A stretch of 63,333 bases of DNA, filler included, from Octopus bimaculoides (taxonomy: Eukaryota): assembly GCF_001194135.2 (NCBI RefSeq). It is 4 parts of 4 records of this genome, joined end to end, with 100 filler letters (N's around TTAATTAATTAA, not from the genome) between each part and the next. Parts side by side here need not be neighbours in the genome. Positions count along the whole stretch, not along the records: positions 1 to 16,973 come from NC_068998.1; 3 more parts are not named here. One strand, 5' to 3'. Each line of letters begins with the position of its first letter. Within the stretch, counting starts at the first letter, position 1. Shown here one piece after another: positions 1 through 13,485 of the stretch. Both the position numbers and the translations under genes were made by a program. The notes below the pieces were generated by a model. That model saw nothing but the letters and a program-made list of their open reading frames with translations, was not told the origin of the DNA and did not search any database.

Positions 1-39
<39 letters not shown>

Positions 40-57
40 TCAATATACCATATATAT

Positions 58-218
58 AGGCGCAGGAGTGGCTGTGTGGTAAGTAACTTGCTTACCAACC
101 ACATGGTTCCGAGTTCATTCCCACAGCGTGGCACCTTGGGCAAGTGTCTTCTACTATAGCCTTGGGCCGACCAAAGCCTTGTGAGTGGATTTGGTAGATG
201 GAAACTGAAAGAAGTCCG
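58..218 (+). mobile_element. tRNA-derived SINE family A, head module only
   Basis: A-box-like GTGGCTGTGTGG and B-box-like GGTTCCGAGTTCA, then GGCACCTTGGGCAAGTGTCTT...GGAAACTGAAAGAAGTCCG. The same module recurs more than 10 times in the window. Confidence 0.9.
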
Positions 219-224
219 TATGTT

Positions 225-1065
225 TTAAGACTCGACGGTAATCGTGGTGATTAGCAGACGGTGTTTACATGGATTAGGTATCTTCTAGATATGCAATAAC
301 TTACTTCAAGGCCAAAAGAAAGATTATACCATAATATATTTAGTATTCTCCTATTTTTTTTTTTTTAGTTACTAGTATCATTACTTCTGTTGTACTTAAA
401 TTTAAAACTCTCTGATTAAGTTTAGTAATGTACTACAACGTTAAGCTAATTTTCGTCATATAAAATGCTAGTTATATATTTTTTGAATTATTTCCAAAAT
501 TCTTGAATTATTATAGATACACTTTATTTAGTAATGATATTAGTAAGTGTTTAAATTGTGTGTGATATTAAAAATGTTATCATTTTCAAATTACTGTTGA
601 CTATGATCATCATGCTCAAATTATTAAATAAATTAACGAGGTTTCCCGTGTTATTTATTCTCGTTCAGTAATATTAAAACTCCATCGTCGTAGTATAGGC
701 CACCTTGTAAAAACAAATATATTTGGTGTGTAAGAGTTGTAATATATAAAAACGAAATGATAAAGACAATTATTTCAGGAATTTATACTTAATTCTTTAA
801 TCCGTGCTATCACCAGAGAAAGAATTATCATTTTTCTTTAGCCGCACATGTTGTCAGAAAAAAATAGCGATTTTCTTTGGTGTGTATTTCATTCTTATGT
901 CAGTGTCACTAATGAGGATGAGAATGGTGACAAAAGTCAATGCATTTCGAAGCAAAGACTTCTTGTTAATTGAAAGGTATCAATGATATCAAACTGGGTG
1001 GATTTATATGGTTTGTCATTGATGTTTTTGAACTTCTTCGCATTGTTATTTCATAATGGTGAATT
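225..1065 (-). pseudogene. Decayed Penelope-like retroelement reverse transcriptase fragment
   Basis: Manual minus-strand translation across frameshifts and stops gives KFKNINDKPYKSTQFDIID, SINKKSLLRNALTF, GLYYDDGV and RRILNIIWYNLSF. These match PLE RT motifs WFKNI..K...FIQFDI..FYPSI, GLYRDDG and RKRNIIWFNPPF in the right order. Confidence 0.8.
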
Positions 1066-1321
1066 GTAAACCTGCTTAATTTTGATTATTATTATTCTGT
1101 CGTTTTTTTCTTTCGCTACGAATATCTAATTGGCTTTTAGTAGGATTTTAAATCTAATGAGTAGATTTCTCATGAATTTTATATACGATCATTAAAGGGG
1201 ATATATGTTTTCTCCTGTGTTAAAAAATACCACTATATCGTCTATAATTAAGCCAGCTGCAACTTTAGCTTCTAAATTAATGGAATGTAGTATGCTGTTC
1301 TTATATCATTGAAAAAAATTA

Positions 1322-1569
1322 AAGGACAAGGAGCCTTCCTGGGTCATATAGACTCCCAATCCCGGTTTCCCGGTTTCCATTTCGTATATATTCCTCCCGC
1401 TGGACGGGACGCTGGTCCATCGCAGGTTTGCTAATTTTTACCAGCTGAGTTGACTGGAGCAACGTGAAATGAAGTGTTTTGCTCAAGAACACATCATCGA
1501 GTCTAGGAATCGAAACTACGATCTTATGATCATGAATACAATACCCTAACCACAAACTCATGTACCTCC
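1322..1569 (-). mobile_element. tRNA-derived SINE family D (head shared with family C; CTGCGATGGACCAGCGTCCCGTCCAG central domain)
   Basis: Minus strand reads GTGGTTAGGGTATTG...GGTTTCGATTCC-like B box, GTGTTCTTGAGCAAAACAC, then a V/Meta-like central domain. A homologous copy lies at 23306-23520. Confidence 0.75.
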
Positions 1570-2171
1570 ATTTTCCCATCGTAATATACTGTTTTAATAT
1601 ATGTATATATATATATATATATNNNNNNNNNNNNNNNNNNNNNNNNNNNNNNNNNNNNNNNNNNNNNNNNNNNNNNNNNNNNNNNNNNNNNNNNNNNNNN
1701 NNNNNNNNNNNNNNNNNNNNNNNNNNNNNNNNNNNNNNNNNNNNNNNNNNNNNNNNNNNNNNNNNNNNNNNNNNNNNNNNNNNNNNNNNNNNNNNNNNNN
1801 NNNNNNNNNNNNNNNNNNNNNNNNNNNNNNNNNNNNNNNNNNNNNNNNNNNNNNNNNNNNNNNNNNNNNNNNNNNNNNNNNNNNNNNNNNNNNNNNNNNN
1901 NNNNNNNNNNNNNNNNNNNNNNNNNNNNNNNNNNNNNNNNNNNNNNNNNNNNNNNNNNNNNNNNNNNNNNNNNNNNNNNNNNNNNNNNNNNNNNNNNNNN
2001 NNNNNNNNNNNNNNNNNNNNNNNNNNNNNNNNNNNNNNNNNNNNNNNNNNNNNNNNNNNNNNNNNNNNNNNNNNNNNNNNNNNNNNNNNNNNNNNNNNNN
2101 NNNNNNNNNNNNNNNNNNNNNNNNNNNNNNNNNNNNNNNNNNNNNNNNNNNNNNNNNNNNNNNNNNNNNNN

Positions 2172-2280
2172 GAAGAAGAAGAAGAAGAAGAAGAAGAAGA
2201 AGAAGAAGAAGAAGAAGAAGAAGAAGAAGAAGAAGAAGAAGAAGAAGAAGAAGAAGAAGAAGAAGAAGAAGAAGAAGAAA
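2172..2280. repeat. (GAA)n microsatellite
   Basis: Perfect trinucleotide run beside an N-gap. Confidence 0.98.
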
Positions 2281-2845
2281 GTGCCTAGTCAAATGTTAGA
2301 GTGAAATAATAACCAATAGCGCTCATGCTTTCCATAGACTGGAACAAACATGTGAGGAATTCCATTGATAACTCTTGAAGAAAGAAAACAAAAAACAAAA
2401 ACAAAAGGGAAAGAATATAACGGACGCTTAAATATTTGTTTTTCGCTCTTCTCTGCATAAAAAACAACACTATCAAGGTCGATAATGAAACAAGGTACTT
2501 TCACTTTCAACACTTGGCAGAAATTTTCAAGTGTTTTGTCGTCATTTAAACCAAAGACAGGTTAAGTAAACAGTTTTAGCGTTCCGTTGACACGAACCCT
2601 CTTATAGTATCTCTTTCACTCGTACCTCACCCCGTGGCCCAGACCACTTGTCTAACAGTCAGTTTATTAGTTAAATCTCAATAGTTTTCTGTCTGTCTTC
2701 CTACCTTTCTTTCTTTCTTTCGTTCTTTCTATTTTCGAAGCAGGACTTACTAAGAAAAAAAGAAAGAGACAAGAAAGAATTTCTCTTTGATGCCGCTTCT
2801 TGAGACACGCGATTAACTAGATGTAGTTAAAACAGGCAAATAGAC

Positions 2846-2878
<33 letters not shown>

Positions 2879-3050
2879 TATATATGTGTGTATATGTACG
2901 TATATATTTATATACATACGTATGTACATATACATATCTATCTATCTATCTATTTATCTATGTATATGTATATATATGTATAATAATTATGTATACATGT
3001 ACAATCTGTTCATATACATATGCATATATATATTCATATATATACATCTA

Positions 3051-3138
<88 letters not shown>

Positions 3139-3186
3139 AAGAGAAAGAAACAAATCAACAAGAAAATGGCATGTAACTGCATATAA

Positions 3187-3345
<159 letters not shown>

Positions 3346-4119
3346 ACATCCATATTTATTATTACCAGCATCATCTTCATCATCATTACCATGTATTAGC
3401 TTAACCCACTCCACACATTTCTTCTGTCATTTTTATTTGTGTTATTTTTTTAACGTTTCATTTTTTCGTCTCCATTTTGAATAGTTCCCCCTATCACTTA
3501 TGCATGCAGTGAAAGACCTTTTGTATTGAGGATTGAATCAAATTTACTGTCTTTTTTACACCTCTATGCCAGATGTGTGGATTCTCTCCCCTTATTACAC
3601 GCACGCACGCACGCACNNNNNNNNNNNNNNNNNNNNNNNNNNNNNNNNNNNNNNNNNNNNNNNNNNNNNNNNNNNNNNNNNNNNNNNNNNNNNNNNNNNN
3701 NNNNNNNNNNNNNNNNNNNNNNNNNNNNNNNNNNNNNNNNNNNNNNNNNNNNNNNNNNNNNNNNNNNNNNNNNNNNNNNNNNNNNNNNNNNNNNNNNNNN
3801 NNNNNNNNNNNNNNNNNNNNNNNNNNNNNNNNNNNNNNNNNNNNNNNNNNNNNNNNNNNNNNNNNNNNNNNNNNNNNNNNNNNNNNNNNNNNNNNNNNNN
3901 NNNNNNNNNNNNNNNNNNNNNNNNNNNNNNNNNNNNNNNNNNNNNNNNNNNNNNNNNNNNNNNNNNNNNNNNNNNNNNNNNNNNNNNNNNNNNNNNNNNN
4001 NNNNNNGGGGTGAGAAGGGTGGCAGTGAAAAAAAAGTGAAAATAAAATGAAATGCAATACAATAGACATCAAACGGATTTCATGCTGTATTTAAAGAAAT
4101 TGAGAAACGAGAAAAGGGT

Positions 4120-4154
<35 letters not shown>

Positions 4155-4249
4155 GGGGGAGAGGAGAGAGAGAGAAGAAAAAGGTAGAGAGAGTAATATT
4201 ATACTAAGGTGCCTCATTTCAGTGTATTTGCGTGATTTATATTGCACTT

Positions 4250-4437
4250 GTCGTCATCGTCATCATCATCGTCATCATCATCATCGTCATCATCATCGTC
4301 ATCATCATCATCATCCTCATCATCATCAGTATCATCATCATCATCGTCATCATCATCATCATCATCATCATCATCAGTATCATCGTCATCATCGTCATCA
4401 TCATCATCAGCAGCATCATCCTCAGCATCATCATCAG

Positions 4438-4469
<32 letters not shown>

Positions 4470-4656
4470 CNNNNNNNNNNNNNNNNNNNNNNNNNNNNNN
4501 NNNNNNNNNNNNGTCATCGTCATCATCATCGTCATCATCATCATCGTCATCATCATCGTCATCATCATCATCATCGTCATCATCGTCATCATCATCATCG
4601 TCATCATCGTCATCATCATCATCAAATATCGCCACCACCATTACCATCCTTATCTG

Positions 4657-4695
<39 letters not shown>

Positions 4696-5017
4696 TGTCG
4701 TCGTCGTCGTCGTCGTCATTTTCTACCTTTTCTTTTCTTCTGCCTCCTCCTTCTACCACCATCACCAGCACCAGCGCCACCTCCATAACAATAACAGCAG
4801 CAGCAACAACAACAACAACAACAACAACAGCAACTACTAATACTACTACTAATAATAATAATAAAAATAACAACAACAACAACAATTATAATAATAATAA
4901 TGATAATAATAATTATAATAGCAGTAACAACAACAACAACAACAGCAATAATAAAACCTCTACTATAACTACTACATAGTATTCGTATTTCCCTCTTATT
5001 TTGGCAGCAACAGTTGC

Positions 5018-5064
<47 letters not shown>

Positions 5065-5143
5065 CAGTAGCAGAAGCAGTAGCAGCAGCAGCAGCAGTAG
5101 TAGTGGTGGTGGTAGTAGTAGTGGTAGTAGTAGTAGTAGTAGT

Positions 5144-5213
<70 letters not shown>

Positions 5214-5215
5214 AT
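4250..5215. repeat. Compound trinucleotide field: (CAT/CGT)n, (CAA/CAG)n, (TAA)n, (GTA/GCA)n
   Basis: Directly visible; source of spurious poly-H/S/I/V ORFs. Confidence 0.95.
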
Positions 5216-5408
5216 AGAAACTGGATAATGCTAGGCAAAATATATAATGTAACTACTATTTTAAAGTTTCCTCTCGCGTTACATTATCTCGTTTCGAATC
5301 ATATCGAATCCACACAGTCTTCGATTTCATTCTTAGACTGTTGTTGGGTGGAATCCAATAAATTCGAAATACGAACTCCACTCTGGTCTACTGCCCACCC
5401 ACCTGAGA

Positions 5409-5500
5409 ACCCACACGCGATTTTTTTTTCCTACGAGAGTTCCGGACCCCAGTTATGAACTCGTTTGTACACAGCCAATCAGAGCTCAACTATCAAACTA
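5409..5500. mobile_element. Subterminal fragment of the hAT-like MITE family seen at 57938-58746
   Basis: TTTTTTCCTACGAGAGTTCCGGACCCCAGTTATGAACTCGTTTGTACACAGCCAATCAGAGCTCAAC matches 58040-58108 and the reverse complement of 58637-58712. Confidence 0.85.
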
Positions 5501-5539
5501 ATTTATGAGCGCTTAACAAGTGATAGGTCGTGTGACTTC

Positions 5540-6105
5540 TTGCTTGTACGTGTCAGCTTCCCTAAAGACTGAAAACAGTTTTTAGCTTTGTTCGTGCTTC
5601 GTGGTTGTTTCTCTTAGTTTTCCCTGCTTCTGAAGTAGGTATTTTTATAGTCCTATGGTGGTTATTTTGTAATAGTGTTCTAGCTCTATAAATCCTCTAC
5701 CACCTTCTATACGTTGTAAATATAACCTTTCTATGTCAGATTTTGGGTGGTGCATCCTAAATCCGGTCATTGTCTTTCTTGTTTTCCTGTCTATTTTGAT
5801 AAGTTCATTTAAGTTCATTTAGTATCCAGTTAAGGACATTGTAGCTGTAACTTATAACTAGGACGGCTAGAGTGTTGGTACCTATTATCTTGCTTTTCGC
5901 ATTGAGCTCTGTTTTCAGTATTAATCTAATTTGTCTATAGTATTCTTTTTTAGTTTCTCTTTCATTTGTGTATGTTGCATCGTATCTGATTCATTGATTC
6001 CTAAATATTTGTATGTCTGAGGTTGTCCCTTCGTCGACCATATTTCTGGGTTCGATGTGATCGATCTACCCCTCTCCCAAACTTGTTGGTCTTGTGCCAA
6101 AATTT
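5540..6105 (-). pseudogene. R4/Dong-clade non-LTR retrotransposon, C-terminal RT region (decayed)
   Basis: Across two frameshifts: QTYKYLGINE...KKEYYRQIRLILKTELNAKSKI..NTLAV.V.SYS...W...EL.KIDRKTRK.MT..RMHHPKSDIERLYL.R.EGGRG, typical R4-clade motifs. Confidence 0.88.
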
Positions 6106-6109
6106 GAAA

Positions 6110-6133
6110 CTATCATCATCATCATCATCATCA

Positions 6134-6203
<70 letters not shown>

Positions 6204-6235
6204 CATTATTATTATTATTATTGTTATTATTATTA
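6110..6235. repeat. (ATC)n/(ATT)n microsatellite at the 5' junction of the R4-like fragment
   Basis: Directly visible. Confidence 0.97.
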
Positions 6236-6346
6236 TTTTAAGGAACTATTTATGGATGAATAATTACATGTATCCAAATCTGCCCATACTTGTCTCTGCA
6301 GACAGCACCCCCCCCACACACACACACACGTATACACACACATACA

Positions 6347-6385
<39 letters not shown>

Positions 6386-6400
6386 ACACANNNNNNNNNN

Positions 6401-6450
<50 letters not shown>

Positions 6451-7233
6451 ACACACGCATGCGAGCGTACATGCGCAAACACCTACACACCCACCTACAC
6501 GTGCACGCACACACGCACGCAAACCAGAATGTAATTGAGAGAGCTCCGCTCGCAAATGAAATAAATCAATAATATATATAAAAAGAGAAAAAAAATAAAG
6601 AAAAAAAGCAAACAAAAAAAACCCCAAACAAACAGGAAATAGAAAATCTTGAGGGTTGCATGTTTATGATCAAACAGAACGTTAATGGATACAACTGAAA
6701 TATCAAATCGTATATCCATGTTATAAGAGAGCATCTCTTTCTTTCANNNNNNNNNNNNNNNNNNNNNNNNNNNNNNNNNNNNNNNNNNNNNNNNNNNNNN
6801 NNNNNNNNNNNNNNNNNNNNNNNNNNNNNNNNNNNNNNNNNNNNNNNNNNNNNNNNNNNNNNNNNNNNNNNNNNNNNNNNNNNNNNNNNNNNNNNNNNNN
6901 NNNNNNNNNNNNNNNNNNNNNNNNNNNNNNNNNNNNNNNNNNNNNNNNNNNNNNNNNNNNNNNNNNNNNNNNNNNNNNNNNNNNNNNNNNNNNNNNNNNN
7001 NNNNNNNNNNNNNNNNNNNNNNNNNNNNNNNNNNNNNNNNNNNNNNNNNNNNNNNNNNNNNNNNNNNNNNNNNNNNNNNNNNNNNNNNNNNNNNNNNNNN
7101 NNNNNNNNNNNNNNNNNNNNNNNNNNNNNNNNNNNNNNNNNNNNNNNNNNNNNNNNNNNNNNNNNNNNNNNNNNNNNNNNNNNNNNNNNNNNNNNNNNNN
7201 NNNNNNNNNNNNNNNNNNNNNNNNNNNNNNNNN

Positions 7234-7264
<31 letters not shown>

Positions 7265-8073
7265 CTAGATAATTTAGATATGTTTCGACCAAAGTTTGGT
7301 CCAGGCCATGTCTAACTTACGACCAAAAATGGCTGGTCGTAAGCTACGCATGTATGAGATTTTCAATCAGGCGATGGCAATATTCGAACATGAGTTTGCA
7401 GCCATCATGTATGTATGTATGTATGTATGTATGTATGTATGTATGTATGTATGTATGTATGTACGCATGTATGCATGTATGTATGCCTCTATGTGTGTAT
7501 GTATGTGTGCTGAAAATTCGATCAGTCAGGTTGTTGTGGGGTTAACAACGAACCTACGGTTTACATACACGGAATTTAAACATATTAGTGAAATGTCACA
7601 AAATATTTTAAAATAAACTTGTCATTTGATTGATTGTTTGGATCATACAGAGTGAGCTTTCGTTTAAAAGTACGTTTAGTAGTGCAACAGAAGAAAATAA
7701 AAAAGAAACGTAAAATGAGAAATGGAAAATCGAAAATTGAAACAGGAAAAAAGAAAATAAAAACCAAGAACAAAAAGGAAGAAAGAAAAAGGAGTGTGAA
7801 AATGGGGAGAATATGGAAGATAGGATAAGATATACTGATTTATAAAATAACTGAATTAGCTATGTATATGGATTTTATATATTTTATATATTTTATACAT
7901 ATATATGTATGTATGTATATATACACACATATATATACATAAATATATACATATACATATATATAGATATACATACAGATATACATATACATACACATAT
8001 ATATATAGATATACATACAGATATACATATACATATACATACACCCCCCCTATATATAATATATATATATATA

Positions 8074-8110
<37 letters not shown>

Positions 8111-8494
8111 NNNNNNNNNNNNNNNNNNNNNNNNNNNNNNNNNNNNNNNNNNNNNNNNNNNNNNNNNNNNNNNNNNNNNNNNNNNNNNNNNNNNNNNNNN
8201 NNNNNNNNNNNNNNNNNNNNNNNNNNNNNNNNNNNNNNNNNNNNNNNNNNNNNNNNNNNNNNNNNNNNNNNNNNNNNNNNNNNNNNNNNNNNNNNNNNNN
8301 NNNNNNNNNNNNNNNNNNNNNNNNNNNNNNNNNNNNNNNNNNNNNNNNNNNNNNNNNNNNNNNNNNNNNNNNNNNNNNNNNGAGAGAGAGAGAGAGAGGG
8401 AGAGGGGGGACCAGTCAAGCAGCACATCACGCTGTAATTCTTGGGCTGAGAAATCAACACTTAAAAGCCATACTATATATATATATATATATAT

Positions 8495-8538
<44 letters not shown>

Positions 8539-9086
8539 GAGAGACAGAGAAAGTGAGAGAAAGAGGGACAGAGAGAGACTGACAGACAGATAAGTAGATA
8601 GATACATAGATAGACGGAGAAAGAGATAGTTGTATAGATAGAAAGATACACACATATATATGTATATATACATATACATACATATACATACATATACATA
8701 CATACATACGTACGTACGTAGATACATACACACGTACATACATACATACATGCATGCATAGACGTAAATGAAAAGTACACAAAAATGAGGGGTTATAATA
8801 AACAGGATTGAAAGTGAGAAATGGAAAATCTCAAGAAAACCAAAAATGGCAGGCACTTCTATATACTAGAGAGACTTAAATAAAAATTTATATTCACAGA
8901 ACATGTAAAAATAGGAGGAAAATGAAAAAAAAATGTGCGAAAAAGATGGTAAAGAAAAGGAAAGCGTACCAAAATCATTTTGCATATAAAAATGTGTGAG
9001 GGGAGGGGGTATATCTGTTTCTGTGTACGTATGTGTATGTATTGTGTTTGTGTGTATGTGCGAGTGTATATAGAATATATAAAATA

Positions 9087-9788
9087 TACGAAGTGGTATC
9101 AAAAAGTTTCCGGACTAGTTCTGTAGCGCGCCAACAGATAGCAGTACAAGGTTTCATGCGTGGTGAGAACTGGCAGTGACCTTCACGAGGCAGTGGGCCG
9201 AGTGACCTCACTGCGTTTGCTTCACAAGTTGTGAAATTTATGTCTTTGTGGTCACGTGTCTACTGTAGTCCGTGATTTTAACCATGGACGGGAAGTTGGA
9301 ACAGAACCAACGTGGGAAGTCTGCTATAAAGACATTGAGCCTGCTTTGGTAAGATTATGGCGACGAGGAAATGGGTTGTAAGCAATGTTTCGAGGGGCAT
9401 TGGGTGTTTCAAAAGCGGAAGAACGTCCCCGGAAGGCGATGAGCGATCTGGAAGACCTACCACGAGCGTCACACCCGAAAATGTGGTATTGTGCATCGAG
9501 AATTCGCCCCCAAAGGCCAGACCCTCAATCGTGAGTTCTACGGCGACGTTTCGAAGTGTTTGAGGGAGGACATTCTGCCTAAGCGACCGCATCTGTGGAG
9601 CGCCAACAACTGGATTCTTCACGGTTACAATGCACACTGTCACTGAGTTCCCCTCTTGAGTTTCTCGCCAAAATCAACATGATATCGTTTCCGCACCCAC
9701 CCTATTTGCCAAATTAAGCGCCTACAGACTTCCATTTCTTCCCCAAGATGAAAATGTAGCTCAAAGGTCGCCGTTTTGACACCGTTGT
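9087..9788 (+). mobile_element. mariner transposon remnant (left TIR plus internally deleted transposase pseudogene)
   Basis: TA-CGAAGTGGTATCAAAAAGTTTCCGGACT left end. Translated pieces include YGDEEM, EGDERSGRPTTS..PENV, KRPHLW..NNWILH..NA and HPPYLPN*APTDFHFFPKMK..LKGRRF (YSPDLAP-type motif). No right TIR was seen. Confidence 0.92.
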
Positions 9789-10096
9789 CTAATCATGAGT
9801 ACCAACGGATTAGTTAAATACTAATACAGTATTTATCTAATCTGTTGGGTCTCATAAAAAAAGGTCCTTGGTGTATCAGGCTACGAATTGCATAGAATGT
9901 ATAATCCGAAACAATAGAAATACATTAAGAGAATATGAATTATAAAGAGAGGAAGTATACGATGAGTAAAATTTATTTTACCATTGGATATCCATATTTA
10001 ACTAAAATTGCTTCACAGTTTAATAATATAAATAACTAATAATTCATTTTATTTTATCTTATAAGAAATAAGAAATTATTTACCTATCTGTATAAG

Positions 10097-10135
<39 letters not shown>

Positions 10136-10724
10136 GAATTATAGAATTAATAAATTAACACAGATAAGTTTGCTCAGCTGTTCAAAAGAATCCCATGGTT
10201 ATAATCATACATCAACACAACATACACAAATGTAGATTGTCAATTTTCAAAACACATATATATATGTATATATATATATATGTATATACACACAAACATG
10301 CACACACATACACACACACATAGAATTTATAGATGAGAATAGATATTTATCTAAGTGTATTTAATCCCTTATTCTTAGCTGACCTTAGTGGGCCAGAGAT
10401 GTGTACAACATGTTTGCATGTCTGTGATATTGTGTGAAGCTGTAGATAGATGTATGATACATATATGTATGTATACAGACACACACACACGTACACACAC
10501 ACATACGCGCACACACACACACATACACACACACACGCACACGTACATGGTCCCATATAGTTAATAGCGTACTAGCACTCATAGTACGACACCAGTACGT
10601 TTAGTGCTCTGTAATTGATTCCACATGAAACACCAGTTCCCTGCGTTATGACTTCAATTGGCAAATCAGAGAATAGGCTAAAACACTTAGTCCTAAATAT
10701 TTTCTCGAATAAGAAGCGCAGAAA

Positions 10725-10788
10725 TTATTGCTGGCATCGTTTGATGATTTATTGATGATTTATTGCTGGCATCGTTTGATGATTTATT
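10725..10788. repeat. Short tandem duplication (29-bp unit, period 35)
   Basis: TTATTGCTGGCATCGTTTGATGATTTATT occurs twice. Confidence 0.9.
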
Positions 10789-10975
10789 ATGCACTTGTTT
10801 CAATGCGCAGACAGCATTTTTTCTTTTTTTTGGCATTTCCGCCAAAAGTATTCGTATAGTCTTTTTTCAGTTCCAGTTGGAGGACTATGGCCATTCTGGA
10901 GCGTCATTCGCACAATTGCTACAGTTTCTAGTGTGCTATTTGTTGCGTGAGGAATTTAGATACACCCGTTTGTGT

Positions 10976-11021
<46 letters not shown>

Positions 11022-12476
11022 CATGCCTGTATACACACACACAAACACACAGAGGATTTAGTTACAGGATTTATTAGAATCACTTGTTCATCATGTTAGC
11101 TGGTGAGCAGGCAATCTTCAACTTTTACTTTGCTTGTTTATCCATATTTAAAACTCTGCCTGAGGATGGTGGATTTAAATCTATGAATGCATCTATAAAA
11201 TGCTACCAAAGCAATAGATGTTAATCCCCACTTGTGTTCTTATACATACATACATACATACAGAAACATGCAGAAGCCCGTGCGCCAATGAGCCGAGCCT
11301 ATTGAGCACGCGCTCGTCGTAAAAAGAAAAAACTTATTCTCATATGATGTACACAACTGCGAACAGCATATTTTGCGTCCGAACCTGTCTGGACGTATTA
11401 AGAATAAATATGCAGATATTGTTTCCCGATCTCGCTGTACACGGTGCAAATACCGATTTTTTTTTTATATAAAGAAACATCACACAACAAAAGTAGCAAT
11501 ATTAATAGCATCAGAAAAGAGATTTAGAAAAGAGAAGAAAAGAGGAAACGGAGATACGAATAAGGAAAAAGCATGGGAGACAAACTAGAACATGAAAAAG
11601 CCTGCTCATATCTCCTCCTTATGTCCACCCAACACCAAAATGTCGTCTGCTGCTATGAATCTGTCTATCGTCTGTTATGTATGGTTATCTACGTCCTACG
11701 TATTTATCTGTTTTCGTGTTCCAATTTTTTTTCTTCTTATCTCGCTTTACCGATTTTTGTTCGATTTTTTTTTCTTTTATATTTCTTCTCTTTTATTTCT
11801 GCCCTGTATCACTTTCTGTAAAAATATATCAATATATATATGTATATATATATATATGTGTGTGTGTGTGTTTGTGTGTCTGCGTATATATACATATATA
11901 TCTATTTATATATATATATANNNNNNNNNNNNNNNNNNNNNNNNNNNNNNNNNNNNNNNNNNNNNNNNNNNNNNNNNNNNNNNNNNNNNNNNNNNNNNNN
12001 NNNNNNNNNNNNNNNNNNNNNNNNNNNNNNNNNNNNNNNNNNNNNNNNNNNNNNNNNNNNNNNNNNNNNNNNNNNNNNNNNNNNNNNNNNNNNNNNNNNN
12101 NNNNNNNNNNNNNNNNNNNNNNNNNNNNNNNNNNNNNNNNNNNNNNNNNNNNNNNNNNNNNNNNNNNNNNNNNNNNNNNNNNNNNNNNNNNNNNNNNNNN
12201 NNNNNNNNNNNNNNNNNNNNNNNNNNNNNNNNNNNNNNNNNNNNNNNNNNNNNNNNNNNNNNNNNNNNNNNNNNNNNNNNNNNNNNNNNNNNNNNNNNNN
12301 NNNNNNNNNNNNNNNNNNNNNNNNNNNNNNNNNNNNNNNNNNNNNNNNNNNNNNNNNNNNNNNNNNNNNNNNNNNNNNNNNNNNNNNNNNNNNNNNNNNN
12401 NNNNNNNNNNNNNNNNNNNNNNNNNNCATACATACATACATACATACATACATACATACATACATACATACATACA

Positions 12477-12835
12477 TTGTTGTTGGCACTCGGTCGCTTA
12501 CGACGTCGAGGGTTCCAGTTGATCCGATCAACGGAACAGCCCGCTCTTGAAATTAACGTGCAAGTGGCTGAGCACTCCACAGACACCGTGTACCCTTAAC
12601 GTAGTTCTCGGAGATATTCAGCGTGACACAGAGTGTGACAAGGCTTACCCTTAGAATTACAGGCACAACAGAAACAGGAAGTAAGAGCGAGAGAAAGTTG
12701 TGGTGAAAGAGTACAGCAGGGTTCGCCACCATCCCCTGCCGGAGCCTCGTGGAGCTTTAGGTGTTTTCGCTCAATCGAAACCGCGATCTTATGACCGCGA
12801 GTCCGCTGCCCTAACCACTGGGTCATTGCGCCTCC
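12477..12835 (-). mobile_element. tRNA-derived SINE family C, near full length, (CAA)-type tail
   Basis: Head GGCGCAATGACCCAGTGGTTAGGGCAGCGGACTCGCGGTCATAAGATCGCGGTTTCGATT. Tail GCTGTTCCGTTGATCGGATCAACTGGAACCCTCG...GAGTGCCAACAACAA is shared with 18269-18375 and 39040-39143. Confidence 0.88.
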
Positions 12836-13434
12836 ACTCCTCATAAGATGATGCCTTATTGAACATTAACATAACACAGTAACTATCAATACCTAAGCAT
12901 TTTAGCCTGTCTCCCGCCTTATACATTTTTCACGACTTATGAACAGGAAGCCATCTTGAATTACAAAATGCCTTATTGTAATCAAGACAAATTAATTTTT
13001 ACAATGCTTACAATAACTTTTGACTAAATTTCTTTGCTTCATTTTATTCCCATTCCTTTTATTCGGTTCTTCTTTTTTTTCTGACTAAACGTATTTTATG
13101 GTTAGTCTTCACACTTTCAAACTGTTATCTTTTCGTTCCGCTGTGAAATTTTAAAGTAGTAAATTCAATTTTCTTTGACAGTTGTTTTCATTTGAAATAT
13201 ATATGAATAAACCCGCGCACACGCACGCACACGCACGCACACACATTAGTATGTGCATATATATACTCATACGCGAGTACATGTACGCAATACATATATA
13301 CACATACATAAATGCATATATATGTATATGCTTGTAAATATATATATAGCTATATATCAATTTATCTATCTAGCTATATACAAATCTATATCTATATCTA
13401 TATCTATACCCTTCTCTATATACACACGCATATG

Positions 13435-13485
<51 letters not shown>

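Noticed and set aside
58-218. tRNA-like sequences as genuine tRNA genes (also the heads at 12770-12835 and 17998-18070)
   Set aside because: Only A and B boxes are retained. They run into SINE bodies and do not form a full cloverleaf.
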